Shown here piece by piece: positions 43,696-57,000 of a DNA stretch of 64,000 nt. The notes under the pieces are model-generated. The model worked only from the letters and a program-made list of their open reading frames with translations. It was not told the origin of the DNA and made no database searches. Source of the stretch: Monocercomonoides exilis PA203. Taxonomy: Eukaryota; Protista; Preaxostyla. The stretch is from NCBI GenBank assembly GCA_001643675.2, contig LSRY02000044.1, forward strand, positions 496,001-560,000, read 5' to 3'. Both the position numbers and the translations under genes were made by a program. Position 1 is the stretch's first letter. Each line of letters begins with the position of its first letter.

Positions 43696-46600
43696 TAACT
43701 GAATAGATCCACCAATAGGAATATTACTAGGAATATTCGATAGCAATGGGCCTTGTGCTTTCACACCCTCAGAATATGATGGATATCTTATGCCTTCATA
43801 TCTCAATGGCTTAGATGAGCTTATATCTTTGCTTTTTTCATCTTTTAATAGAGAAGAAGAAGAAGAAGAAAGAGAAGAAGATAAAGAAGAAGAAGAAGAT
43901 GGAGATGATGAATAGCTCAATATTCTTCCCTCTCTCTTCCCTTCACTCACATTTGTGCCAGCTCCACCAATAGATAAAGAGAGAGTGACAGAAATAGGAA
44001 GTTCATTCTGTGGAGGAGGAGGGCCAAGCAATGGCTGTGATGATCTTTGAATAGACAAGGAAGAATTAGCATTAATATTAGTATTTGTATTAGTATTAAT
44101 GACATTAGTACTGGTATTATTACTTCTGTTGTTGTGATAGCGAGATTTGGAATCAGGAGATGGAGAAGATGGATGAAGAGGTTCTTTTGATGGAGTAGAA
44201 GATGAAGAGGAGGATGAAGAAGAAGAAGAAGATGATGATGATGATGTTATTGTATTCACACGTGATTGAGCTGTACTTGAATAATAATGTGTGGAAGGAG
44301 CAGAAGAGAGAAGAGGTTGAGGATCAACAGATGGGACATATGAAGATGAATTAATTGAAGATGATGAAGAAGAAGGTGAAGAAGAAGAAGAAGAAGAAGG
44401 TGTATTTATTGGTGTCTTTGATTGATTGGATGAAGAATGAGGAGTATATACAGTCTGTGATGATGATGATGATGCAATTGTTGATGATGAATAGCTACTC
44501 TGATTGTTTCTGGTGTTTGTTGAATTTGAGTGAGAAAGAGAAGGTTTTGATGAATCCATTGGAGCATTTGATGAAGTTGATGTAACTGTTGAATTCATTG
44601 CATTTGGATGGATGTTATTTGTTGACGAATTGCTATTCTGCTGTTTGGATGATGGGTATGATGATGATGTTGTTGTTGTTGTTGTTGTTGTTCTTTTGGA
44701 TGATGAAGATGAAGGAGAATAAGTAAATGCAGAAGAAGAAGGAGTAGAAGAAGAAGCAATTGAAGAAGAAATAGAAGAAGAAGAAGAAGGTGATTGAGAA
44801 GATGATGTTGCTGTTATTATTGTAGCATTTTGTGCAGAAATAGCCTTTGATGTGCCTGTTGGGTGTTCTTGTTGCATTGATAGCATTCTTCCAAAGACAG
44901 AATATTTATTTGATGATGGAGGTTGAATATGCGAGGGAAGAGATGAGGAAGAGGAAGAAGGAGAAATAGAAGATGAAGAAGATGAAGGAGAAGAAAGAGA
45001 AGGAGAAGGTGTATAAACAGAGGGATTATTGATAGGAGTATTAGAAGAAGTATTATTAGAGGCAGAAGAAGAAGGAGGAGGAGGAGGGGTATAATAGTGA
45101 GTGAGAGAAGGAGGCGTAGAAGGAGAAGAAGAAGAAGGAGAAGACGAGGAGGAGGAGGGAGAAGAAGGAGCAGAGGGAGAAAAGACAAAGCCAGAATGAG
45201 TGTATTTGGATGCATCTGGCTGTGTTGTTGGAGAGGAAGGGTTTGAAGTCAAAGAAGAGGAGAAGGAAGAATATGATGTTTTGTTGGGAGAAAGAGTTGG
45301 ATTGTATGAGGAAGAGATAGAAGAAGAGGAGGAAGAAGGAGAAGATGATGAAGAAGAAGAGGAAGAGATTGAATTAATGAAAGTATTTGTATTGCTCTGA
45401 ATTTGATTGCGCTGAGTGGAGTTAGAAGATTGATTCATATGTCCAAAAGGGAAAGAAGAAGGAGAGGAAGAAGGAGAAATAGAAGAAGAAGAAGAAGAAG
45501 AAGAAGGGAATAAAGCAGATGAATTAGGCTGGCGAGGCATCTGAGGCAGAGTTAGTGAAGTATTGTTTTGGCTGTTAATGTTCCCCCTCTGATGAATGAA
45601 GGTATCATAACCAGATTTCTGTGAAGGTGCAGATGAAGAAGATGGAGGAACATCAGCTGGACATGATGGATTAGATGGATTGGATGGATTGGATGGGCTG
45701 ATTGAAGAAGAAGAAGACGTTGGTGATGATGATGTTGTTGTTGTTGTTGTTGTTAATGTTTGAGTGCTGTTGGCTGGCAATGAAGAATAAGAATATGAAG
45801 AGAAAGGTGCAGAAGGTCTGGCTGTGGGTATTGGGGCAGGTGCAGAAGATGAATGAGCAGATGGAGATGGCATTGATTGGATGGGTTGCATAGACTGTGT
45901 AGGCTGAGTGGAATAAGATGGAGAGGCAGATGTTGGTGAACTGTTATAATTAGTCCGATTTGTATTGGATTGTGGTGGATGTGTGTATGGCAGATCACGA
46001 TATTCATATGCTGATTGATGCACTCCACTTCCATGTGCTATTTGGCTGGGCGCAGATGGCAATGTTGTGGCTGAGGCTGAGGATGGAGAAAGAGTAGGAG
46101 TTGTAGAGGCAGATGACGATGGCGGTGTGGCTGGCAATGGGTTGTACTGCTTTTGGATAGAAGGTGCAAGCACAACAGGAGAAGAAGGAGGATAGCGAGC
46201 TGCTGAATTGGAAGGGGTATAGCGAGCAGACAGCGTCAATGAAGGCTGTGAAGGAGAGGCAGAGGCCATAGAAGAATATCGGTCAATGGCATTTGAGGAC
46301 GTGCTTGTGTTCAAGATAGGCGTTGGCTGTGGCACTGTAGAAGATGCATTAGCAAAAGGATAAGATTTGCCTCTTGAAGAAGGCAGAGGAAGTGAACGCT
46401 CGTTCAATCCTGGACGAGTCACGGTTTGCTGAAAGGCCTCTTGGCCATATGAATTTGTTTGTTCAAATGGAACTTGAACTGAAGGCAATGAAGATGGTAA
46501 ATATTGCTTTGGCATTGATGAATGGTCGCCCTGAAATTTTGCTTGTAAAAACTGTGATGGGGCTGTAAAAGAAGGTTGTATGTAATGATCAGTAACCTGC

Positions 46601-47390
46601 CTTCCAGATAAATCAGAATAGCTGTTTGTGCTAAAGCTTTCAGTTGATGTGTCTGGATAATGATGTGTTTGCTGTGAATGAAATGTTCCTTGGTTTTGTT
46701 GTGACTGCGACATATATATGTTCATCGTATTCTCAGAGGATATATTCGGGGTATTCGATGGTTGTGCCTGGGAGAGTAACGTAGCTTGATTTGATAGTTG
46801 AGTGCGTTGTGATGTTGGCAACGAAGAAGAATAAGAGGATGAATCGAAATTTGTTTGCGATTGCATTTGTGCAAATTCGTGACTTCCTTCACTGTGCAAT
46901 TGTTTCTGACGTTTATCCCTTGGAATGAATGATTCAATTGGATGTGATGTGCATTGAGCAAAAACAGATTGTTGTTGAGGTCTTGTGGCTGTAGAACGAA
47001 AACCTTCTGCATCTGATTGTGCAAATAATTTAGGTTGCTCAGAGGACTCAACTGAAATGGTGGATATTGGTGCAGGTGATGCATGTTCCTCAGCTGTACT
47101 GCTTGATCCGTCAGAATGATTCCTCTTCGATCTGGGAATGTAAGGGATAATATCGTTAACGTCACGGAAAATCGATTGCTGTGAAGGATTTGCTTTTTCG
47201 CAAATTGTTTGCGCCTACAAGAAAAAGGTAAAATAAAAATAAAAATATGATAATTCAATGAAAAACGATAAAAGATTCAAAAATCTCTATGTTACACAAC
47301 TCTATCTTCTATACGATTAAAATCAAGCTGTTTTTGTTGGAACAATCCCTGAGATTGAATGGAAGGAGATTGTTCAGTAATATAAGACAT
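37253..47390 (-). CDS. eIF4G: eIF4G-like MIF4G-domain protein, ~3,300 aa, 3 exons (47390-~47300, 47214-39888, 39729-37253)
   Basis: The GTATGC...CCACAG intron 39887-39730 joins the 2340-aa and 803-aa ORFs in frame. MIF4G hallmarks: ILNKVSP..IFDKATMEAKYVGMYGELC..FRRLLLTRCQREFE..GVMGFVGELF..NIEAFVSLMSRVGKKID..RHKFMLMDFMDLRASNW. Candidate eIF4E-binding motif YSRDEML at 40318-40338. The first-exon donor is uncertain. Confidence 0.85.
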
Positions 47391-47814
47391 AACATAAAGG
47401 GTCTCCTTTTTCTTGTTTTTAATCTCTCTTTGAAATCTTATGAAATCAATATGAAATATAATAATTAACTTCTGATAATATATTTTCTTAATCGAAGTGT
47501 TTATTGTTTTCTCTAAACTATGGGCGCAAACATTTTCATACCAAAATTTGTGCAGCGTCAAAAATAACTTTATCTAATCCAATATGAAGAGTAATATTTT
47601 TCTTTGTTTCTAAAAATATGTGCTTGTTGTTAAGGTTAATAAGTTATTATCCAAACGAGACAAAAGATAAAAAAATAATCCACAAACACAAAACGAAAAA
47701 ATAAAATTTATTTTTTGAAATTTGCAAATTGCTAATGGAAATTGCATCAAAAAAAAAAAACATATAAAGCTTAAAAAAACTACAATGAATAATCTCAATT
47801 GATATGAAATGAAT

Positions 47815-48722
47815 TTAACTTCTCCTGAGAGCATCAATCCTTGCCTGTAAATCTGCATCGCTTGCTGGTGTTGCGGAAGATGATGCAATGGAACCAGATG
47901 GAGTTTTCATCTTTTCAAAGTAATAAAACAAAAAATATTACATCAATAATGTATCCAACAACATCAAAAATCATACATCAGATCCGATAGTTATGCTAAA
48001 TTCATCCAAAACACTTTGAATAAGTTTTTCTGATTCTTCTTCTTCCTATATATTTTTAAATCGTAAAGGTTTATTTTGAAAAAAAAATTTCAATAAAATT
48101 ATCAAACATCATCTTCTTCAAAAGCATCGTCCATTGCATCTTCCATCGTTTCCATTTTCATATCCATCGTTTCGCTTTGCTTTTGAAATTCCATCATAAT
48201 TTTGGACATTTCTGGCGCACTTATTTTTTTGTTCATTTGGGTCATGATTTTCGTAACTCCCTTCATACATGTTATCATGGCCTCTTGACTTGAAGCGGTC
48301 TAAAAAAAAAATTAATTAATTAATTAATTAATAAAAATAAGTTCAAAAAATTTTTTCTTCAGAGAAAAAGAGAAAAGAAGCTTAAATATCAAACTTGAAT
48401 TCGAAGTGATAATGCATTTAGATTTGTTCTCATTGTATACATTCGCTGAGTTGCAGCTCTTGTTCGAAGAATATTTTTCGCAATAATTTTGCACGCTCCC
48501 TACGTATTTAATAAAAGGTGATGTGTAATTGTGACACAAATATCTACAAACGCTGTGCCCTTCTTTTGCAGCCTTTTTCAACTCTGCACCATGTCTTTGT
48601 TCTTCCTGCTGAAGCCTGGTTCTTTCTCTATCTATTTCTCTTATAGCTTTTTCTATTATTCTTTTATTTTGTCTAATTTGATCCTTTGTGTTTGCTGGTT
48701 TTGAATCTCCAAAAATACCCAT
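47815..48722 (-). CDS. VPS2: ESCRT-III subunit Vps2/CHMP2, 210 aa, 5 exons (48722-48552, 48499-48395, 48299-48108, 48045-47977, 47910-47815)
   Basis: IRQNKRIIEKAIREIDRERTRLQQEE..KKAAKEG..ACKIIAKNILRTR..LNALSLRIQ..MKGVTKIMTQMNK..KIMMEFQKQSETMDMKMETMEDAMDD, ending in the MIM1-type DADLQARIDALRR; four phase-0 GT-AG introns. Confidence 0.93.
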
Positions 48723-48986
48723 GTTGAATGATTTATTGATCTGTTCCATAGATATTCATAAAGGAACATTTTTGTGAAACATTATTAATTTCAATAAAAG
48801 ATATATACAAAATGTTTATCTTTAAAAAAATGAAAGAAATGATACATAATGCAGATTCACACCATTATACCCAAATCAAGTATTTGAATTATTATTTACA
48901 TAACTTATTTTCGTTTGTTTCAAGTGTATTTAAAAATTATTTCAATTTCTTTTATGTTATCTTTTTCACTAAATGTCTTTTAGTCG
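48723..48986. promoter_or_regulatory. 264-bp AT-rich divergent intergenic region; probable bidirectional promoter of VPS2 and APN1
   Basis: Head-to-head start codons at 48722 (-) and 48987 (+); function inferred from geometry only. Confidence 0.45.
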
Positions 48987-50993
48987 ATGAGCGAGCAAAA
49001 AAAGCAGACAGTGAGTGATGATCAAGATTTATCATCAAAAATAAATGATGATTTAGTACCAAAGAAGAGAGGAAGATCACAGAAATCAAACACAAAAAAA
49101 TCAAATGTCGATACTGCGAAAAAAGAATCAAAAAGAAAAATTGTTTCTGATAATGATGAATCAGGAACAAGTGATGATGTAGATGATATTAAAGTTGTTA
49201 AAGTTGTTCAAGATGTGAAACGACCTCAGCGCAAAGCTGCATCTGATGCCATAACTGCAATGCATGCATCTGTTATAAAACAACCGTCATCGCCAACATC
49301 ACCTCAGAAATCAAGCAAGCATCCCAAAGAACTTAAGAAAAAAGGTGAAGACAACGATGAGCCAGGATCTGCCAGTGCAAGTTCTTCAACACAGCAATCT
49401 GAAGATTTGTCTGGAGAAGAAACACACCAGCCAGTACATCCTGGGAGTCGAAAGTTTCTTGGTTTTCATCAAGAAACTGAAGGAAGCTTTGACAAACCAA
49501 TCAAAAAATTGATTGGAAGATCAATGGCTATTTTCCTTCGTAGCTGTCGTTCGTGGAACGCAAGGACTGTGAAAGATAGTGAATATGAAGAATTCCAGAA
49601 AGAAATGAAAAGGCGGGATATGAATCCATTATTAGTTCTACCACACGGCAGCTATTTGTGTAATTATGCTACTGCAAATCAAGATCATTGGGAGAAATCA
49701 AAAAATGTCCTAATAAGCGAAATGACAATTGCAAACAAGCTTGGCTTGAAGATGGTGAATATTCATCCAGGCTCAACAAAGAACGAGATATCCAGAGCAA
49801 CCGGAATAAAACGCATCAGCCAAGCGATCAATGCAACCCACAAAGTCAAGGAAACCGGAGATGTTATGGTTATTATTGAAAACACTGCGCATCAGGGAAA
49901 GACAGGCAGCATTGGAGCGAGTTTTGAGGATTTGGCGGAGATTATCGAAGGAGTAGAAGATAAGGAAAGAGTTGGTGTGTGCTTGGATACGTGCCATCTT
50001 TTCGCTGCTGGTCACGACATTCGCACAAGAAAGGGGTTTGCTAAGGTTATGCGCCAGTTCAACCGGATTGTGGGGCTGAAATATTTGAAGGCGTGTCATT
50101 TGAATGACTCGCAGGGGAGCTTCGGTTCTGGTATTGATCATCACGACATCCCAGGAAAGGGTGCAATGGGAGAAGAGGTATGAATAATTTGTTCAATAAC
50201 CTTAAATTTGTGTATGTGTTAACATTTTATGAAATGCAAACTCCTGAGCTATTTTGAATATATATTCAATTATTCTTTTTTCTTTTATTTTTGCTTTTTA
50301 TTTGTAATTTTTTTTTTATTTTATTTTTGTGATTGAATTGTTTAACTTTGGTAATTGTTATTGCTTGTTTATTACCAGCCATTCAGATATGTTATGAACA
50401 GTGATCTTTTCAACGACATCCCACTTATCATTGAGACGCAGGAGATGACAAATGACATTCTTCGAAGTGTTGAAATGATGGAGACTGGAGAGAAAGAGGA
50501 AAATGACAGCAATGAAGAATCTGAGAATGAAAAGATGGAAAAGGAAGAAGAAAAGGAAGAAGAAAAGGAAGAGAAGAAAGAAGTTAAAGAGAAGAAAGGG
50601 AAGAAAGGGAGAAAGGAGAAAAAAGTAAAGGAGGAAGAAGAAGAGAAAGAAGAAGAAATGGAGAAAGAAGCTGAGGAAGAAGATATTAAAGAAGTTAAGA
50701 AAAAGAAAGCTTCCACGAAAAAAGATACAAAAGAAGTCGAAAAGATCGAAAAAGAGAAGAAAAAGGAAAGAAAAACTGCAAGCAAAGAAAAGAAAGAGCC
50801 TGAAAAAAAGGAGAAAGCTCCTGAAGTGCATGAAGAAGCAAAGCATGAAGAAATTAATGTTGAAGAGTTCGGTAGTGAAGATGATAGAAACAAGAAAATG
50901 CGAACAAGATCATCAGTAAGTTCAAAGCCTGTTGCTGCAGCAGCACCAAAACCATCTAAAAAGTCTCCAGCAAAATCGAAACCAAAGAAATAA
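48987..50993 (+). CDS. APN1: AP endonuclease, endonuclease IV family, ~601 aa, 2 exons (48987-50177, 50379-50993)
   Basis: EndoIV metal-ligand motifs PHGSYLCN, NIHPGS, IENTA, GVCLDTCHLFAAG, HLNDS, IDHH, PLIIET. A GTATGA...CCAG intron joins the two ORFs in phase 0. Long Lys/Glu-rich N- and C-tails. Confidence 0.93.
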
Positions 50994-51784
50994 TTACATT
51001 TTTATGAAGTATTGTGTTTCATATCTTGAGTACTTTCATATCTCTTTATTTTTTCTCATTACACTTTTCAATTTTATTTTTACAAGTTAAATAATTTCAT
51101 CTGTTTATGAAAATCACTTTGTTAAACTCAAATATATTTCTGGATTTGATATTCGTGTAAGCTTTGTGAAATATATTGCATTTCCTGTGATTGCTGTATG
51201 TATTTGATACGCATTAAACTCATTCGTTTAGAAAAATTATGTGCTTTTCTGATAGAATCAAATATTAAACACAAAACAAATATCTCACATTGTTAAAATA
51301 TTGAATGATGAAAAACAAGAACTCTGAATATTTATGAAACAAATGAAAATATCTTTGTATGTTATAATGATTGTTTTTTATTATATTGAATATTCTTTTG
51401 ATTGATGTTATTTTGAAAATTTTTTATCCTTGAATCAACATGAAATATTGTTGATATATATATTGCTTTTTTCATGAACTGAGGATAGTTGTATTTTCCA
51501 CAGTCATATTGTTTTTCAATTCAACAAATAAATGTGAAGTTCAATAGACAAAATAATCTTATAAAATTTCAGTGATCCTTTTTGATTCATGTTTTTCAAT
51601 CAAAATGAATGAAAAAAGTTGGTTTTGAAGTTATCAAAAATGGGCTTGATGAATAAAGCATTCAAATAAACATACAAAAAGATCTTTTTTGAGGAATAAA
51701 ATCACTTCATTAAATGATAAGAATATCTTTTGCAAAAACGATAACACAGATTATTCATCACATGAAAGTGTTCTTTTTTCACTT

Positions 51785-51988
51785 GGCAGATCCTTTTTGA
51801 AATCATTCTTCAGTTCGAGTTTTGATCAAAATTTCAATCCCAATGGAATTTTGAAAAAATGAACTTCTACGTTTAATGCATGCAGCACATGATGATATTT
51901 GACAGAAATTTAATTTTTTCTAAATCCCATTGAGATTAAAATTTTGGTCAAAACTCGAACGAAAGTCTGATTTCAAAAAGGATCAGCC
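51785..51988. mobile_element. ~204-bp foldback/MITE-like inverted repeat
   Basis: GGCAGATCCTTTTTGAAATCA...GTTCGAGTTTTGATCAAAATTT and its inverse AAATTTTGGTCAAAACTCGAAC...TGATTTCAAAAAGGATCAGCC; arms ~85 bp; ACTT on both flanks. Confidence 0.75.
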
Positions 51989-52485
51989 ACTTTTTCAAAA
52001 AAGAAAACGTCATTTGAATGAAACTGATTGCGGTTTCATGCAACTTTTATTTTCAAAAATTTTATGTCAAATAATAAAGAATAATTATTGAATATGAAAA
52101 AAAGAATAAAATGCATTTAATGTTAGAAAATTTTGATGAATAATAATATTATCACATTTATTAAATAACATTAAGACAATTCTTTTCAGATAAAAATCAA
52201 AATAATAAATAAGCAAGTTCGTTTTAATCTGGAGATTTCCGATAAATTCTTGCAATTAATCAGTTTAACATCGGTTATTAATTAGTTGTGTGATATTTTC
52301 TAAAATCATAACTTTTTTCTGTGTGTTTGTAATAATGAAGATTCTTTATTATTTGCAAAATAATTTTCTTTCAAATTTTAAATGTTTGAATATCGTTTCA
52401 AAAGCGAAAATTAGATACAAAACATAGAACTGGCTTCTTTGAATTGATCTATCACTTTTCAGTGTTCATGTGTTAATATTCGAAA

Positions 52486-52758
52486 CGTTTGGGGCAAAAT
52501 ATTTCTCTTTTTGCAATATCATAAAAAAATTATGGACTTTTCATTGACTTTTTGTATAAAAATAAGACAATAAAAATGTGTCCATTTTTTGACATTCGAA
52601 AAATGTCACAAAACTTTTTGTTTTGATTTCAATGATGCCTGTTAAAGGGAACGAAAATCAAATTTGTTTTGTTTTCTGAGAAAGTGAAATAAAGTTATGA
52701 GAGAAACAATTATTTAATGCCTTGTACAAAAAAAGCTTGAAAGACCGTATTTTCCCAC
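52486..52758 (-). mobile_element. Second, diverged copy of the ISL2EU/Harbinger-like terminal region seen at 18048-18322
   Basis: Colinear similarity ending at the same point (GCTTGAAAGACCGTATTTTCCCAC|ATAT). Confidence 0.7.
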
Positions 52759-53090
52759 ATATATTTAAATAGAAAAACACTATAGTTTTTGAAATCATAT
52801 TTTTTCAATCACACAATTCGAACAACAAAAAACAACTTGTATTTGAAGATTTGCATTCCTGTCAAAATCAGCAAAATCGATCACAAGAACGCATGAAAAA
52901 TTATTGGTGAAAATTTTTGATTCCAGACTTTCTCAATCAAAATTGAAGAATTGAATGTTTGTTGTGATTGGTTATGAATGAGTAATGAAAAGTGGAAATG
53001 CGAATAACAAACAATTGCATTTCATTTTTTTTGTTAACATGACCATTTGAAACAACTGTGAAGCATTGAACATTTGATTGAAACTTTTCC

Positions 53091-53508
53091 TTTATTGTAA
53101 GTGTGAATAAGGGTGGACACTTTCAATGACTGTGGACAGTAGCATAATCTCAACAACAGTTGATAGTATCATTTCATCAATTAACCCAATTATTCCCTCA
53201 AAGAATATGAACAAAAACGAATTGTTTATATCACCAATTTAATTCAAAAAAAAAAATCACATTAAATTTATTTTTTCTTTTCAAAGAAACAGGGAGAATC
53301 TTATTCATTTGAGTTTCTCCGAAAACAAAAAATGTGTTTCTTTATTCTAGGAAGTAAGTTGTTTCATTTTTCGATGGCTAATTAGTTCATATTCGTTGAG
53401 GGAATAATTGGGTTAATTGTCAAAAAACAATTATCAACGGTTGTTGAAATAATGCGACTTTCCACAGTTATTGAAAGTGTTCACCATTATTGACACTAGC
53501 AATAATAA
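53091..53508. mobile_element. ~420-bp foldback element with ~125-bp imperfect inverted arms
   Basis: agtgtgaataagggtggacactttcaatgactgtgga...caattaacccaattattccctcaaagaatatgaac mirrored by gttcatattcgttgagggaataattgggttaattg...tccacagttattgaaagtgttcaccattattgacact. Exact ends and TSD not resolved. Confidence 0.75.
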
Positions 53509-54024
53509 TGAAAAACTTTTTCAACCATCCATTCTCCGAAAAAAGTTCAAATTTCTAATATAGTCAAATATGTTTGTTTTTATTTGATTAAAATTATTTT
53601 ATGATGAAGTGTGTTCGAACATCAAAAACAGAATAATAGAATAAAAAAAGGGAAAAAAAAAATCCAAAAATATTTACTTTTTCTCTCAAAAACAAGAAAC
53701 ACATATTTTTCTATGAAAAAGTGGTTTCTGTTGATTTCAAGTTCGCATATTATCAAAAAATAAACAAAATTCGAAAGTGATTGAAGCGTTACTTTTTTGA
53801 AATAAAGAAGAATTAATCGAAACGTTAGAAAAACATTTCTCTTTTTAATTATTTTTTCACGAACAACATAATTATCAAATATCAAATTTGTGCTTTATGG
53901 CTTTATATTTTTGCCATTTAACACTTTTTTTTTTTTCATTTTTGAAAACTGTGAAATGTTTTTAAAAATAATATTTGACAACCAACGCAGATGAAATGAA
54001 ACAACGCGGTTGCCCAATAAATAA

Positions 54025-57000
54025 TTACATTTTTATCATTTTTGATGTGGATCTAGATTTGGAGCCTTTGCTTTTAGTTCTCATTTTTTGAGCTTCAATC
54101 ATTTCTTTTCGTTTTGCTTTTGCTTCACTCACCCACACAGCGTAAGTGCCTCCTCCACATCCGTTCCTAATTGTATTCGTCAATTCTTTTAATGCTATTT
54201 CAATTTGCTCTTTCACATTTTTCTTCCCTCTCAGCAACTTAATGCTTTCTCTCTTTTTCTTAAGTAATTCAGATTTTGCCCTCTTTTTGGCATCAATTGC
54301 AGCAGCATTTCCATGCGTACGACGTCCAATCTGATTTGTAACATTCATTCCATCAGATGGTGCTGCTTTAATCTCAGTCCATCGGCTCATAGATACAACA
54401 CACACTAACACATCTGAACGATATGCATCGAATTCTCTCATAAACCTCCTTTGCTCAACTGTAGATCCCACAGCTGTTTCTTCTTTTTTATCGCTTCGAT
54501 TGCTGCTTCTCTCTGAAGAGAAAGCAGAAGCAGCAATAAACTCAACAAATGCATTCAGTGCGCGGAGAATGATTACGCATCGCTTTGAATTCACATGCGG
54601 ATTACACAACCAAGTCAATTTATTTACTGCCCACTGCGAGATCAGAACAGGCTCCCTGTCAAGTCCTTCCTCTCTCTTCCTCACCACCATCATAACACTG
54701 CGACTGATGTGCAGTCCAATCAGTGCATTAACAAAGAATACAGTTGCAGATTGGTGCAGTTGGCTAACTTCTTGCCTTGTGCCTTGGATGTACTTCTGCG
54801 ACTCGCTGAGTTCATTGTGAGTCAACTCCACTCTTTCTCTGATTACGTCTCTTTGGCGGATCATTTCGCGCAGCCTGTTGCCTTCAATGTCCCTACCTGT
54901 CATTCTGGTTGGCACCACACCCATCTCAACAAGTGCAGCTGGCACTGCACTTGTCCTTCCTTCGCCAAGAGATCCGCTGTTCATCCCACTGCCAATCTCT
55001 GATCCTCCTCCGTTTTTCAGCCTAAGCTTTTTCCCTCCTAACATTCCTCTAAGGAAACGATATTTTGGCATTGGAGGAACTTTGCTTTTCTTTCCTAATT
55101 CAACTGAATACTGAAGCATTCTGAGCATTGCAAATAACACGCGCCGAACTGCACTAACATTCAAAAGAGGATTGCTCTGAGATTGCTCATTCTCCATTCC
55201 ATCAAGAGTCATTGGATGCTTCTGTGCTTTTTTATCCCTTGCGGGAGTGCCCATTTTATTCATTGCTTCTTTTGTCGATTTTCCTTTCTTTTTCTGTGTG
55301 AGCTCATCAATGAAGCACTGGATATAAAAAGTGGCAAAACCAATTAATTGAACAGATGAAATAACGCTCGAAGTTCGTATGCTTCGGATGCCTTGAACCA
55401 CAACATCCCAAATGGAAGGCACAGCACACACTGCACAAAACAGAGCTTTTCTTCCATTTTTGTTTAGAAAGTCATCTGTTTCTGCTCTTCTTCCCCTCGA
55501 AACCCAGCTGCTTGTTGTCTTGCTCTTAATCATAATTGACGCACTACTACACAAAATGTCTGCTACTAAGCAAAGCACCTGGTTTGTCTCCTTTGCAATC
55601 TCGATCTCTCTCATCCTCAGCCCTTCCTTTCTTCTTTCTTCCATTGCAATTTCTGCATTTTTCACTGCTTCCTCCAAATCTCCAACGCGCTTTCTGAATG
55701 CAAGCACAGTTGCTCTTTGGCTTGGAGGAAGTGAGTTGAACAAGGCAGCTTGCGATGAGGGCGGAAGAGATAAGAATTGTCTTACAAGTGGATCATCAAT
55801 CTTTGCAATCTCTGTCTTCATCTGAATCTTCATCTGGGCGGATAAAGAAAGAGATTTTTCTTTCACTTTTTCTTTAGAAGGCTGTTGTGAATGCTGTTGA
55901 TGTGCTTTTTTAGATTGGCGAAGTGGAGCTATTGAAGTGTTGGATGGAGAAGGTGAAGGTGAAGGTGAAGGAGAAGGAGAAGGAATTGGTGATGAGGCAG
56001 TTCCACTGAGTGCAAACAAATCTGCATCCATTGCTTCGTCTGATGCTATTCGACTATCAATTTCTTTTGAAGATTTGTTGTTTTCATCATCTTCCATTGC
56101 ATCTTCCTTTGAGACCATCTCTTTTTCATTTGCTCCCAATTTCTCTTTTTCGGATGTTTCTTTGCGTGCATCGTTATAATCTTCTCCTATACTGCTGCTG
56201 ACATCCTCACTTTCTTCTTCTTCTTCTTCCTCATCTTCCTCTTCATCTTCTTCTTCTTCTTCCTCTTCTTCTTCGTTGGACTCATCATCTTCAAGATCCT
56301 CTTTTGATTCTTCGCTCGATTCAATCATGTCCATCTTATCATTATCATCAGATACAGAAGCAGATATTGCTATGTTCTCTTCATTATCTTTCATCATTTG
56401 CAACTGTTTTTTGCCGGAATGCCTTCGTCTTCTTTTGTTATTAAATTTCTTCGTCTTTTCAAATACAAATGCCCCTCTCTCAATTGCTCTATCCATCTGA
56501 ATCAGAAGTCCCTTTTCCTTGTTAAACTGCTTGTGAAGATGCTGCACATGCTTTTCAGCTCTCCATTCTGCTTCCATAAGTGCTGCAGATAGTGTTTGAC
56601 ACACTTTTGATAGAGTATCAGGAAGAATCTGAATCAACGGTGGCTTAATGAGTGTGTTCTCAGCGTGCTTATGCCAATCAGGAGGTGATGATTCAATTGT
56701 GCACAGAGACAGCCAACGTGGAAATGTTGCTCGTGGATTCATTGTAGCATACTTTGATTCAGCAAGCAATGCTGCTGTTGTGTATGGATCTTGCTGCTCC
56801 GATTCAGTTTCGTTGTTTTGCTCAGATGCAAACGAATTGTCTGAAGACATGTCATCTCTCACAGAATGCGCAATGATTTTCAATGCCGAAGGTAAAAGCG
56901 TCACTTTTGGCTGATTGAAATACGCGATTGACTTCAGATTTGGTATTTCAACGCATTGGTCTGACCCGATTATTGGTAGAAGCTCGTTCAATTCTGGCAG

